Part shown: positions 1 to 9,588 of the stretch, piece by piece
Layout of the letters: each line of letters begins with the position of its first letter
How positions within the stretch are numbered: position 1 is the stretch's first letter
Position numbers and translations under genes: made by a program
Assembly (NCBI GenBank): GCA_040755995.1
Contig: JBFMAF010000003.1
Coordinates: 1 to 64,000 of the forward strand
Length of the DNA stretch: 64,000 nt
Reading direction: 5' to 3'
From: Acidobacteriota bacterium
GTDB taxonomy: Bacteria > Acidobacteriota > CAIWXX01
The notes under the pieces: model-generated
Seen by the model: only the letters and a program-made list of their open reading frames with translations
Databases searched by the model: none
What the model was told of the DNA's origin: nothing

Positions 1-438
1 TGGCACTGCACTCCCGCGCCTTGAGACCTACGGATCATATCGAGCCCCGGTCGCCCGCCACGCGCACGGAGGCAGGCACAAAGGACACCTTCGATGGCGT
101 GCCCGTGGCATCGATCACGCTTGCGCCATCAACCAGGAGCTGTGTCGGCCCCGGCGCGTTAAGCCGCAGGCAGTGCAGACCAATCCGCTCCAGCGACAAC
201 GGCGCCGAGATGGCTGTCTCAGAGAAACCACCTGTCACAGCAATGCCCCCTCATGCTGCTTATCATGGCGAATACCACACTTCGAAGGCCGAGATCAACG
301 ATAACGATATTGTGATTGTTTTTTCTCTCGTCGTTTCTTCTTTCCCGAACATGAGCGGCACGTGCAGCGCGCGTAGATTACTGCGCTGAGGTAGAATTGG
401 GAGCGGCGGCGGGCGGGGCCCCGCGGGAGGTGCGCCGT

Positions 439-936
439 ATGCAGGTCTATATCGTCCGGCATGGGATCGCCGAGGACTACTGCGCCCAGGGGGACGCCTA
501 CCGAGCGCTCACAGATGAGGGGCGGAAGCGGATGTGCGAGGTCGCCGCCGGGTTGGTGACGCTCAGGGTTTCCACCGACAAGATCCTTTCGAGCCCGTTG
601 GTACGCGCGAAGCAGACGGCCGACATAATCGCCGATGCGATGAAGATGTGGGCGGAGCTTATGGACGAGCTGGCCCCGGGCCATACGCCGGACGAGGTCT
701 GCACTGAGCTCGCGCAGTTCGAGGACTGCCAGGGCATCATGCTGGTGGGCCACCAGCCGAACTGCTCGGAGCTCGCATCATATCTCCTTGCCGGCTCCGA
801 CGACCTCGACCTCGAGTTCAAGAAAGGCGCCGTCTGCCTGATCGACACTCCGAAGCCGGCGCCGGGGGCCGGCACGCTGGCCTGGCTCTATCCTCCCAAG
901 GTGCTCAGGTCAATAGCGAAGAACCGCGCCGTGTGA
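439..936 (+). CDS. sixA: Phosphohistidine phosphatase SixA
   Basis: RHG motif (IVRHGIA), SSPLVRAKQTA, LVGHQP; GGAGG RBS before ATG 439. Confidence 0.9.
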   Translation: MQVYIVRHGIAEDYCAQGDAYRALTDEGRKRMCEVAAGLVTLRVSTDKILSSPLVRAKQTADIIADAMKMWAELMDELAPGHTPDEVCTELAQFEDCQGIMLVGHQPNCSELASYLLAGSDDLDLEFKKGAVCLIDTPKPAPGAGTLAWLYPPKVLRSIAKNRAV

Positions 937-1074
937 ACGCCCGAATTCCGTCCACGTTCACATCGACGTTCGCCCTCGAATGTGCCGTGCCGCGAAATTG
1001 GGGGGCCCGCGGCTATCCTTGATACCCCAGGCCGGCGTCGCTATACTCGGCTCTGGGCGTGGGAGGAGAGACCC

Positions 1075-1956
1075 TTGGAGATCAACCTGGCGCGCACCGC
1101 CGGTTTCTGCTTCGGCGTGCGGCGCGCGATCAAGATCGCATTGCGTGAGGCGGCGAAGGACTCGAACGTCTTCATGCTGGGCGACATAGTGCACAACGAG
1201 CATGTTGTGGCGGACATCAATCGGAGCGGCATACGGGTGGTCTCAGACATGGAGCAGATCCCCCAAGGGAGCACGATCCTGTTGCGTGCACACGGCTCGA
1301 CACCAGAAGTTTACAGCGGCGCCACCGCTCAGGGGATCCGTCTGGTGGACGCCACCTGCCCCATGGTGCTCGAGATACACGAGCGGGCGAAGCGGCTGGA
1401 AACCGAGGGCTACACCGTCGCGATCATCGGCGATCACAATCACGACGAGGTCGTAGGAATCGCAGGGCATCTGAATTCGAGCGTCGTTTTCGCGTCCCCC
1501 CAGGAGGTGCGCGACCATCGCGGCGCCTACAAGAAGCTCGGCATCGTCGTCCAGTCGACGCAGGACATCGAAAACGTGCGCAGAATCGTGGCCGAGTTGG
1601 TGACCAAGACAGCCGAGCTGCGATTCTTCAATACGATCTGCAAGCCGACGAAGGACCACCAGGAAGAGATCCGGACCATGCCAGTCGCGAATGATGTCAT
1701 GGTAATCGTGGGCTCATTCACCAGCGCCAACACCATGCGCCTCACCAAGATCTCCAGGAGTCTCAACCCGCGGACCTACCAGGTCCAGTCTGCGGAGGAC
1801 CTGAAGGCCGAGTGGTTCGAGGGCGTGAGAAGCGTCGGCGTGTCGGCAGGAGCTTCCACACCGGACTACATCATCAGGAGCGTTGTCGATCAGATCGCGG
1901 CCTTCAGCGCGCAAGGCGCTGCGCGAGACGCCAAGCCACCCGCAGAGGGCCGGTAG
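1075..1956 (+). CDS. ispH: 4-hydroxy-3-methylbut-2-enyl diphosphate reductase
   Basis: GFCFGVRRA, IVHN, DATCP, TIC, SANT, GAST motifs; TTG start at 1075 after GGAGGA. Confidence 0.95.
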   Translation: MEINLARTAGFCFGVRRAIKIALREAAKDSNVFMLGDIVHNEHVVADINRSGIRVVSDMEQIPQGSTILLRAHGSTPEVYSGATAQGIRLVDATCPMVLEIHERAKRLETEGYTVAIIGDHNHDEVVGIAGHLNSSVVFASPQEVRDHRGAYKKLGIVVQSTQDIENVRRIVAELVTKTAELRFFNTICKPTKDHQEEIRTMPVANDVMVIVGSFTSANTMRLTKISRSLNPRTYQVQSAEDLKAEWFEGVRSVGVSAGASTPDYIIRSVVDQIAAFSAQGAARDAKPPAEGR

Positions 1957-2010
1957 GCGGGCGTCCGCTCGCCTCTGCTCTGCCCTCGCCAGCCGGCCGA
2001 GAGAGCGCGC

Positions 2011-2505
2011 TCAGGCCGTCGGCAGCGGGGCCGCCGAGGGCAACGACTGCACCAGCTCCTTGATCCTCTCGTTGGCCTCGCGCAGCCTCTGGGCCAGCGA
2101 GCGCCCGAACAACCAGAACCACTTCAACGCCAGATCTTGGTCCCGCGAGAGCAACTCGTCGAAAGCCGCGAAATCGAAGGCCAGCAATTGCGTATCCCCG
2201 ACCGCCACAGCCGTCGCGGAACGGGGGAACCGATCCAAAAACGACATCTCCCCGATCGTCTCGCCGTCACCCAGCTCGGCCAGCGAGCACTCCGTCTTGT
2301 GCGGGATCGACTGCGTTACCCGGATCGTCCCGTCGAGCACAAGGTAGAACTTGTCCGGCGGATCGCCCTCTGCAAACACCCGCTCGCCGCGAGCGAATTT
2401 CTCGACACTCGCGCACTCCAGCAGCCGCTCCACCTCCGCCTCCGAAAACACGTTGAACAGATAGCTGCGACTGACGGCCCTGAGCAGCAGCGTCTTGTCA
2501 TCCAT
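2011..2505 (-). CDS. Cyclic nucleotide-binding domain protein (no HTH)
   Basis: FAEGDPPDKFYLVLDG, GEMSFLD...PRSATAVA; start overlaps stop of upstream MglA-like gene. Confidence 0.85.
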   Translation of the reverse strand: MDDKTLLLRAVSRSYLFNVFSEAEVERLLECASVEKFARGERVFAEGDPPDKFYLVLDGTIRVTQSIPHKTECSLAELGDGETIGEMSFLDRFPRSATAVAVGDTQLLAFDFAAFDELLSRDQDLALKWFWLFGRSLAQRLREANERIKELVQSLPSAAPLPTA

Positions 2506-3544
2506 CTTTTTTCGTCCAGAGCCCACCGAGCAGTGAGCGTTTGTCGGAGTCCTTGGGCGCCCGGGCAGCCTCGGAAAGCTCATCCAGGAGCTGCCTGATC
2601 GCCGCGACAGCCTCCCTCGTCTTCACGGATTCCTCGAAGACCTTGTTGGACGTGACATTCAGATCGTTCAGCAGGCCCGGAGCCGTCTCCAGAAATGCGA
2701 CGCCCAACCCGTCCCGGAAGTGCTGCAGATTCTCCTTGATGAGCCGGTCGACTGCCACCAGGGTCTCAGACAAAAGCGAGCTCGGCAGCGCAGCGCCGCC
2801 AGGTTCAGCCGGTGACGGCGTCGCCTGTTGTGCCGGCGCGGCCTCCGGCGCCTGCACAGCCGGTGCGGATCCCCCGACTGCCGGCGGAGCGGCCGGCCTT
2901 GGCCGCGCCGCGCGAGCATCGCGGAGCTGAAGCTCTCCGGGAGCCCCGGCTTCCTGGAAGTAGTTCTTCCTCAGGTGCTCGTAGAGCAGCTTGGTCACGA
3001 CTTTCAGCGTCTGCGTCACTCCATCGCCCTTCACCGCTGCTGCCTCCGTCCGCGCCCAGTTCCGCGTGTTCAGCGTGCGGTCCATCTCGTCGACCGGCAT
3101 GATCTCCTGGAGGTCGCGCTTGTTGTACTGGAGAACGATCGGTATGGTCTGGACGTCCACCCCAAGCTCGCGCAGGTTCTCGAACAGATTGTTCATCGAT
3201 TCGATGTTTTTCTCGCGCATGGCCGACTGCGAGTCCAGCACCATAACGACGGCGTCCGCATTCTTCAATACCAGCTTCCGCGTCTCGTTATAGAAGACCT
3301 GCCCGGGCACCGTGTACAACTGCAGCCTGATCTTGACCCCTTTGATCACGGGCAGCTCGAGCGGCAGCATGTCGAAAAACAGGGTGCGGTCGGTCTGGGT
3401 GGCGAGCGAGAGCAACCGCCCGCGAGTGGCCGGGTCGGACATCTTGTGGATCATCTCGAGGTTGGTCGTCTTGCCGCATAGGCCCGGCCCGTAATACACG
3501 ACCTTCGCGGTGACCTCGCGCGCTGAGTAATTGACGAGTGCTAT
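2498..3544 (-). CDS. mglA: MglA-like small GTPase with C-terminal extension
   Basis: KVVYYGPGLCGKTTNL, DRTLFFD, LYTVPGQVFY, QYNKRDL; homology extends up to an ATA codon at 3544 preceded by AAGGAG. Confidence 0.85.
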   Translation of the reverse strand: MALVNYSAREVTAKVVYYGPGLCGKTTNLEMIHKMSDPATRGRLLSLATQTDRTLFFDMLPLELPVIKGVKIRLQLYTVPGQVFYNETRKLVLKNADAVVMVLDSQSAMREKNIESMNNLFENLRELGVDVQTIPIVLQYNKRDLQEIMPVDEMDRTLNTRNWARTEAAAVKGDGVTQTLKVVTKLLYEHLRKNYFQEAGAPGELQLRDARAARPRPAAPPAVGGSAPAVQAPEAAPAQQATPSPAEPGGAALPSSLLSETLVAVDRLIKENLQHFRDGLGVAFLETAPGLLNDLNVTSNKVFEESVKTREAVAAIRQLLDELSEAARAPKDSDKRSLLGGLWTKKDG

Positions 3545-3652
3545 GGCCGTCTCCTTTGTCAGAGAGACATTCTAGCAAAACCAGCGCCGCTCGCCAAGAC
3601 GTTTCGCGCGACAGGACGGCGGTGCGCTGGCGGCGCACCAGCCGCACCCAGG

Positions 3653-4351
3653 TCACGAGCGCGTCCTGACTGCCGAGTGGATGCAAGCGACCCCCAGCGT
3701 GAGCGGCACGCTTTCGATCGTCTCGAATCCGGATTGGGCGAGAGAGCGGTGCAGCTCGGCCGTCGCCGGGAATTGCTGGATGGATCTGGCGAGATGTTCG
3801 TAGGCCGGCCGGTCCCCTGTGAGAAATCCGCCGACGACCGGAATTATTCTACAAGTGTAGAAAAGATGGACGGCCCTGACGAGCGCCGAAGCGGGGCGCG
3901 TGAATTCCAGAATCACCAGCCGCCCGCCGGGACGGAGCACGCGGTGGAGCTCGAGGAGAACTCCTGGCACGTCCGGCATGTTCCGCAAGCTGTAGGCGAG
4001 GATGGCTCGGTCGCAGATGCCGGCCTGCACGGGAAGGCGTGCGGCGTCGCCGCAGATGCAGCAGCACCGCGGTGACGAGGGCAGCGCGGGTCGGGCCAGG
4101 CGGAGCATCTCGGTTGAGAGGTCCGACAGAAGCACACCCGAGAGCGCGGGCTGTGATCGCGCAGCCAGACCGGACATGCGGCCGCTCCCGGCACCGACCT
4201 CTATCAGGCGGTGGCCCGGCCGGAGGCGCAAGGCGCGCACCGCGCGTCGTTCCCAGAGCCGGTGGATTCCAAGGCTCAGGACGTCGTTCGCGAGATCGTA
4301 GCGATGGGCGATACTGTCGAAGATGCCCCGAATCCGGTGGTCGTGAGTCAT
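3653..4351 (-). CDS. menG: UbiE/MenG family quinone C-methyltransferase
   Basis: FDSIAHRYDLANDVLSLGIHRLW, GDA, RVLRPGG, AYEHLARSI. Confidence 0.8.
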   Translation of the reverse strand: MTHDHRIRGIFDSIAHRYDLANDVLSLGIHRLWERRAVRALRLRPGHRLIEVGAGSGRMSGLAARSQPALSGVLLSDLSTEMLRLARPALPSSPRCCCICGDAARLPVQAGICDRAILAYSLRNMPDVPGVLLELHRVLRPGGRLVILEFTRPASALVRAVHLFYTCRIIPVVGGFLTGDRPAYEHLARSIQQFPATAELHRSLAQSGFETIESVPLTLGVACIHSAVRTRS

Positions 4352-4407
4352 TCACGTCTCTTGGTTCGCTGCATGGGATCCACTTCGCGGTCTCATCTCA
4401 CATCGCG

Positions 4408-4413
4408 TATAAT
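4408..4413 (+). promoter_or_regulatory. -10 box TATAAT 6 nt before ATG (leaderless-type)
   Basis: TATAAT-tctcgc-ATG, no SD sequence. Confidence 0.6.
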
Positions 4414-4419
4414 TCTCGC

Positions 4420-5319
4420 ATGATAAGACCGCCGCGCCTAATGGCCGGAGATCTGGTGGCGATAGCAGCGAGTGCCAGCCCGATACGCGAAGAGTTCCTC
4501 GTGCGAGGCGTCGCAGAGATCGAGGCTCTGGGCTTCCGCTGCAAGCATGAGGAATCGATCTTCGCTCGCCGACTGTACCTCGCCGGATCCGATGAGCGGC
4601 GCGCAGGCGAGCTGATCCGATACCTGGCGGACAGCGAGGTCAAGGCGATTGTTTTCGCGCGAGGCGGCTTCGGGACTGCACGCCTGCTCGATCGTCTTGG
4701 CCCCGAAGTGCTGCGGGCTCCGAAGATCCTTTGTGGGTACAGCGATATTACGACCATGCATATTCACATCCAGCGATCAGTGGATTGGGTCACCTTCTAC
4801 GGGCCGATGGCCGCGTGGGATTTCGCGCGCGGCCCGAGCGCCTACGATCGCGATTCGTTCCTGGCAGCGGTCTCGGGAGAACCCCAGGCATTTCGTGGAT
4901 TGCGGACCGTCAAGCCAGGACGCCCGGTGACGGGCCGGCTGGCCGGAGGCTGCATGTCGCTCATCCAGGCGTCTACTGGCACAAGATACCAGCCATCATA
5001 CGACGGCTGCATCCTGGTGCTGGAGGATGAAGGCGTCAAACCGTATCAGTTGGACCGGATGCTGACTCACATTCGGCGGGCCGGGGTGCTGGATGGGGTC
5101 CGCGCACTCGTCTTTGGGGAGATGCCCAACTGCTCGCAGACGGAGTCTCAGGGGTACGAGCTGGCTGATGTTATCGCGGATGCCGCTCCGGATGTCCCCA
5201 TCCTGATGAATCTCCCCGCGGGGCACGCGCGGCGCGTCGTCACGATACCACTCGGTGTCACGGCCAGGCTCGATACCGAAGCCGGTCTCCTCGATATCAC
5301 GGAGTCTGGTGTGAGCTGA
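4420..5319 (+). CDS. ldcA: LD-carboxypeptidase (peptidase S66)
   Basis: YLAGSDERRA, ARGGFG, GYSDIT (catalytic Ser), LEDE, AGH. Confidence 0.9.
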   Translation: MIRPPRLMAGDLVAIAASASPIREEFLVRGVAEIEALGFRCKHEESIFARRLYLAGSDERRAGELIRYLADSEVKAIVFARGGFGTARLLDRLGPEVLRAPKILCGYSDITTMHIHIQRSVDWVTFYGPMAAWDFARGPSAYDRDSFLAAVSGEPQAFRGLRTVKPGRPVTGRLAGGCMSLIQASTGTRYQPSYDGCILVLEDEGVKPYQLDRMLTHIRRAGVLDGVRALVFGEMPNCSQTESQGYELADVIADAAPDVPILMNLPAGHARRVVTIPLGVTARLDTEAGLLDITESGVS

Positions 5320-7552
5320 GCCTCCGTGGCCGGCAAATCCAGCAGGCGACGACGACCCCAAGCAGGACCATGGCAAGGCCAACCTGCAGCGATCGCGGCT
5401 GAAAGCGCAGCCTCAGACGGTGCTCCCCCACTCCAACCGGCACCGCCATCACGAGCCCATTGGCGCGGTGGACGGGGACGCTTGCGCCATCCACCGTTGC
5501 TTTCCATCCGGGGTAGTACGATTCGTTCACCACCACCAGCCCGGCGCCTGAGAGCCTAACAACGAACTCGCGGTCGTCACGAGTGCCGCTCTCCGACTCT
5601 ACCGTCCCCAACGGCCCGGAGGCAGTCGCCTCCTCTCGCGCAACGCGGCCATCGAGGACTGCGTATCTCTGCCAGTCGAAATCACCTGCCAGGAGCTGTC
5701 TCAAGGCAGGACCGAACGCGGCGGGCACGCCAACGGCCAGGCGAAGGTCCACCGCCTTCTGGACATCGCCGCGGAGCCGCGCCAGGAAGAGAGGCGGCGA
5801 GTATGCGGCAGCGCGTGTCGGAAGAATCCTCGCGCTGTCGACCTGAGTCGCGTCGATTCTCTGGGCGATGATCCACGGGCAGGAATAGATGCGTGCGAGC
5901 CGGGAGAGATCTTGAAACGAGATAGACTGCGCCGTGTCGTGAAGCTGGCGCTGCCGAATCGTGTAGGCGGCGGCCACGTCGCGCTCGAACGGTGTCGACA
6001 GACCGAACTCGGATGCCGTGGCGTAGTTCAGGGTCTCCCGGTCCCAGAGCGTGCCCCAGAGCACGGAGTCATCGGGTGTTGTCAGTCGGAGGCCGGCCGG
6101 GTCGTCGAGCCGGGCGACGGCCGCTCGACCGGATTCCTGCGCAACTGCGTTTTCTTGTGGGAAGAAATCGGCCTTCGGATTCAGTCCGCCGGCGTGGTAG
6201 AGCATCAGGCAGAGCAGCGCCGCAAGGCCTGCCCAGGCGAAAGACCTGCGCGATGTCACGCGCGCACACACGAGCAGTCCCAACGGGATCGTGGAGAACA
6301 CGAGCCCCTGCTTCCAGTAGTGCCAGGGAATGACGACATTCGCGACTGCGGTGACGGCGAGCAACACGATCAGCACCGCGTTGGATCTCTTGCTCGACGA
6401 GTGCACCAGCCCCGCGATTCCATGCGCGGCCAAGATCGCCAGAGCCAGAGCGCTGAAGATCACGAATTTCTCCGGAAACCGGATCATCCGGGCCGGCGGC
6501 AGGAGGCTGACCAGGACCCGGTGCAGAAGCCCGTACTTGCCCAGAGCGAGTACGAGGAAGAACAGGCCCGTCAGAAGCAGCGGGAGGCGCAGAGCAGTGC
6601 CCGACCGAACGCTGTAGAAGAGAAGCACCAGAAGCACGACTCCGCCCACAAAGACGCTCGGGAGGTACGGGGCTTCGCCGAAGAGGCGGTAGCCGGCGTA
6701 GTATAGTGGCGAGGCGGAGAGGGCGTCTCCGAAGGCGCCCGGAACGAGCATCTCGATAAGCCGCGCAGGAGGCAAGGAATGAGCTGAGAGACGCTCGTAG
6801 GCGAAGCCGGCGGTGCGACCCGATTCACGGGCCAGCTCGAGGGCGGGCACCAACTGGAGGCCGGCGAGCAGCACGGCGAGGAAAAGCACGGTGGCAAGGG
6901 GCGCGAGTGCCCGCCAGCGCGTGCCTTTGCCGCCGGCCAGCGTGACAACCACCAGCAACACGGTGGCAGCCAGCACTGTGGCAAGCTCTCCTGCCGTGAT
7001 CACCGCGGCCAGACAGAGCGCGGCTGCGATGAGACTCCACCTCGCTCGGAAGACCACTGCGCGTCTGCCAAAGTAGAGCAGCCATGGCACGTATGCGAGA
7101 GGCATGATCAGCAGCGGCTGGACGGTCGCGGAGACCGCGGGGCCGGAGAGGCCGAACAGATGTGCGCCCATGACCGCGGAGGCACGATCGAGACCAAAGC
7201 TGCACAGGAGCGCGTAGAGCCCGCAGACGGCTAGGAGCCAGTGAAATGGGATGAACAGATTCATGTAGGCGTGAGGGTGCATCACGCGGAGGAGCTGCGT
7301 GAGCGGGTAGGTTGACATGAAAATCGGATTGGCCAGCAAGGGCTGGCCCATGGCGTGGTACGGATCCCACAGCGGCAGCAGGTCCGCCAGCCAGAGCTCC
7401 TTCAGAACGAAAAAAAGCGGGTACTGGCAAAGTGTAATGTCGCGGTAGTAGAAGACGCCGTGCCAGGGGCGGAAAACCAGTAGCGCGCATCCCAGCGCGA
7501 GGAGCACCGGCGGCGCATGACGAGCGATCCTGCTGTGGATCCCGGGATTCAT
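5297..7552 (-). CDS. YfhO-family polytopic membrane protein (GT-C-like)
   Basis: LPLWDPYHAMGQPLLANP, many TM helices, IRFPEKF, C-terminal ESYYPGWKATVDG. Confidence 0.85.
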   Translation of the reverse strand: MNPGIHSRIARHAPPVLLALGCALLVFRPWHGVFYYRDITLCQYPLFFVLKELWLADLLPLWDPYHAMGQPLLANPIFMSTYPLTQLLRVMHPHAYMNLFIPFHWLLAVCGLYALLCSFGLDRASAVMGAHLFGLSGPAVSATVQPLLIMPLAYVPWLLYFGRRAVVFRARWSLIAAALCLAAVITAGELATVLAATVLLVVVTLAGGKGTRWRALAPLATVLFLAVLLAGLQLVPALELARESGRTAGFAYERLSAHSLPPARLIEMLVPGAFGDALSASPLYYAGYRLFGEAPYLPSVFVGGVVLLVLLFYSVRSGTALRLPLLLTGLFFLVLALGKYGLLHRVLVSLLPPARMIRFPEKFVIFSALALAILAAHGIAGLVHSSSKRSNAVLIVLLAVTAVANVVIPWHYWKQGLVFSTIPLGLLVCARVTSRRSFAWAGLAALLCLMLYHAGGLNPKADFFPQENAVAQESGRAAVARLDDPAGLRLTTPDDSVLWGTLWDRETLNYATASEFGLSTPFERDVAAAYTIRQRQLHDTAQSISFQDLSRLARIYSCPWIIAQRIDATQVDSARILPTRAAAYSPPLFLARLRGDVQKAVDLRLAVGVPAAFGPALRQLLAGDFDWQRYAVLDGRVAREEATASGPLGTVESESGTRDDREFVVRLSGAGLVVVNESYYPGWKATVDGASVPVHRANGLVMAVPVGVGEHRLRLRFQPRSLQVGLAMVLLGVVVACWICRPRRLSSHQTP

Positions 7553-7588
7553 CGCACCCTCGTGCGGGCCCCGCTGCGGCCGGGCGGA

Positions 7589-8746
7589 TCAGAAGCGAAT
7601 TCGGGAGCTGATCGCGATCGCGGCCTGGTTGAACTTCGAGTCCGACCTCGCGCCGAAGTCGATGACCAACCGCCTGGATGCATATCCGACCCCCGCTGCG
7701 AACTCCCACCGGCTGCCTTCGATGTCGACGTTCTTGTTGGTGCCGAGCCTCAACGCGAGGTGGCGATTGGCCATGAGCCCTTCGCCTCCGATGCTGAACT
7801 CCCGTTCGGCCACACCGGGCAGCCCCTCGTCATTCTTCGAGAGATCGTAGTCGGCCGCCACGATCAGCGCAGGCGTGACCTGGTAGGCCACGCCCATCCG
7901 GTACTGGGGATTCAGCCGCGCCTTCCATGGGCCCACGTTGTCGAACTCAGGCTCGTTGAGATCCCTCCCTACAACGCCGATTCGGAATTCCGGAGTGAGA
8001 TTCGACAGCAACCCGACGTCGAATCCCCAACTCGACGAGGTGCGCTTGTTCTCGTGGGTCGCTTCATCGAGAATGTCCCTCAGCTTCAGGGATTTGTTGG
8101 ACGGATCGACGATCAGGCGCGTCGAATAGTACGAGGATGCTCGTATGTACTTCACATTGACTCCCCCTCGGAGGAGCTCGCCCAGCAACGGCAGGGCGTA
8201 CGTGGCCACGAACTGGTTGGTCACGACACCCGTGAAATCCAGAGTCGGGAGATCCGTGGGCAGCGGCTCGCCCGAGTTCGGATCGAAGTCCAGAATGTCG
8301 AGATCGATCACGGGCACCGCCGACGCATTGCCCAGATTGAGAACGGAAAAGGCCAGTCCTTTCGCGGCCACAATGAAATCCAGAGACGTGTCCCCGCTGA
8401 CGCCGCTGCCTTTCTCCGCCAGAGCCTCGAGCAGGTCGAGCGCCTTTGCGATGTCCTCGGGCGTGATGATCCGCCCGTGGGCTGCAAGGTTCATGTCGAT
8501 CAGCGCATCGACCTTGTCGATCGTCTCGTGCTCATCGGCGCCTTCGACCTCGAAGACAACCGCAACCTCACGGGGGCTGGCAACCGCAAGCCCGGCCGGA
8601 TTCCAGTAGACCGACGTTGCATCGTCGGCCACGGCCACGTAGGCCCCGCCCATCCCCATCGCGCGGGCGCCGAAGTGCGAGAACGTCTGCGCATCCGCGT
8701 AGGACGCGAGCAGCATCGTCAAGAGCATGTAGAGTAGTCTTCTCAT
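7589..8746 (-). CDS. Outer-membrane beta-barrel (TraF_2/FadL/PorV-like)
   Basis: Signal peptide, GARAMGMGGAYVAVADDATSVYWNPAGL, alternating beta strands, C-terminal Phe. Confidence 0.8.
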   Translation of the reverse strand: MRRLLYMLLTMLLASYADAQTFSHFGARAMGMGGAYVAVADDATSVYWNPAGLAVASPREVAVVFEVEGADEHETIDKVDALIDMNLAAHGRIITPEDIAKALDLLEALAEKGSGVSGDTSLDFIVAAKGLAFSVLNLGNASAVPVIDLDILDFDPNSGEPLPTDLPTLDFTGVVTNQFVATYALPLLGELLRGGVNVKYIRASSYYSTRLIVDPSNKSLKLRDILDEATHENKRTSSSWGFDVGLLSNLTPEFRIGVVGRDLNEPEFDNVGPWKARLNPQYRMGVAYQVTPALIVAADYDLSKNDEGLPGVAEREFSIGGEGLMANRHLALRLGTNKNVDIEGSRWEFAAGVGYASRRLVIDFGARSDSKFNQAAIAISSRIRF

Positions 8747-8757
8747 AACGGGTTCAC

Positions 8758-8786
8758 ACCCTACCGAAGCCCCGCTCGGTTGTCAA
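8758..8786 (-). promoter_or_regulatory. Putative sigma70 promoter of beta-barrel gene
   Basis: TTGACA-17-TAGGGT on minus strand. Confidence 0.45.
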
Positions 8787-8952
8787 TCGCGAAGCCACTC
8801 GATGAGGCTGCGCTGCCGCCCGGCTGGCGACGAGATGCAGCGAAATTGTACCTGGACTGTCGTGCTGGCACGTTCGAGGCCGGGATTCGTCGGTGCGCAG
8901 CAGCAGGTCCGAGCGCAGTCGAGTGTGCTATAGTTCTGGGAGGAGGTTTCGC

Positions 8953-9207
8953 ATGGTCACGACCCTGAGCCTTGTCACATCGATTCCACCCAGTCGAGAG
9001 GTGCGAATCACCTTGCCCGGGGATGTACCCACTGGTCCCGCCGAAATCGTTGTGGTTGTGGCAACACAGTCCGCGTCAACCTCACGTACACTTGGCGACC
9101 TGCTCGACTCGGACTTCTTCGGGATGTGGAGCGGACGCGAGGATATCACTGACAGCATTGAATTTGCACGGCGCCTGCGCTCGATAGCCTGGAGCCGCCC
9201 GGCATGA
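8953..9207 (+). CDS. Putative antitoxin upstream of PIN toxin
   Basis: 84 aa, AGGAGG RBS, TGcTATAGT upstream, FFGMWSGREDI..S..FARRLR, ATGA overlap with PIN gene. Confidence 0.65.
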   Translation: MVTTLSLVTSIPPSREVRITLPGDVPTGPAEIVVVVATQSASTSRTLGDLLDSDFFGMWSGREDITDSIEFARRLRSIAWSRPA

Positions 9208-9530
9208 CCGTCCTGCTGGACGCGGACGTGTTGATTGGCTGCCTGCGCGGTGTAGCGCCCGCTCGGGCCTGGCTCTCCGAATGCGCACCCCAAACCTTCG
9301 GAGTGCCAGGCATTGTCGCGATGGAACTACTGGTAGGATGTCGAAACTCGACCGAACTGAGGGACACGGAGGCGTTCCTGGGCTCGTTCAACGTGCTCCG
9401 GCCAGAGGCCGCGGAGTGCGCACGTGCATACGAATTGATGAAGATCTATCGCCTGAGTTCGGCTTCGAGCATTCCCGACTACCTGATTGCGGCCATGGCG
9501 CTGAGTCGCAACAGACGCCTCTATTCGTAG
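9204..9530 (+). pseudogene. vapC: VapC/PIN toxin, C-terminally truncated
   Basis: VLLDADVLI, MELLVG, IPDYLIAAMA; stops at LYS* before the usual T-x-N/D-x-x-H-F segment. Confidence 0.65.
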
Positions 9531-9588
9531 CTCCGGAGGCGACCGGCCTGAGTGACCGACTCTGCGACCTCGGACAGTTGGGCGATGG

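Noticed and set aside
35..238. 67-aa minus-strand ORF at the window start
   Set aside because: No recognisable motif; context cut by the window edge.
297..320. Fur-box-like GATAACGATATTGTGATTG
   Set aside because: Only about 11/19 match, second half poor, no iron-related gene visible.
3594..3620. Partial CCAAGA-N15 matches at ~3594 (GACGGC) and ~36080-36106 (GGCACC)
   Set aside because: Second box mismatched and both point antisense into gene ends.
7589..8746. TraF-like gene as evidence of a conjugative element
   Set aside because: No other tra, virB or relaxase genes; the sequence fits a generic outer-membrane barrel.
9528..9551. TAG readthrough restoring VapC
   Set aside because: Downstream codons (LRRRPA*) do not supply the missing PIN motif.
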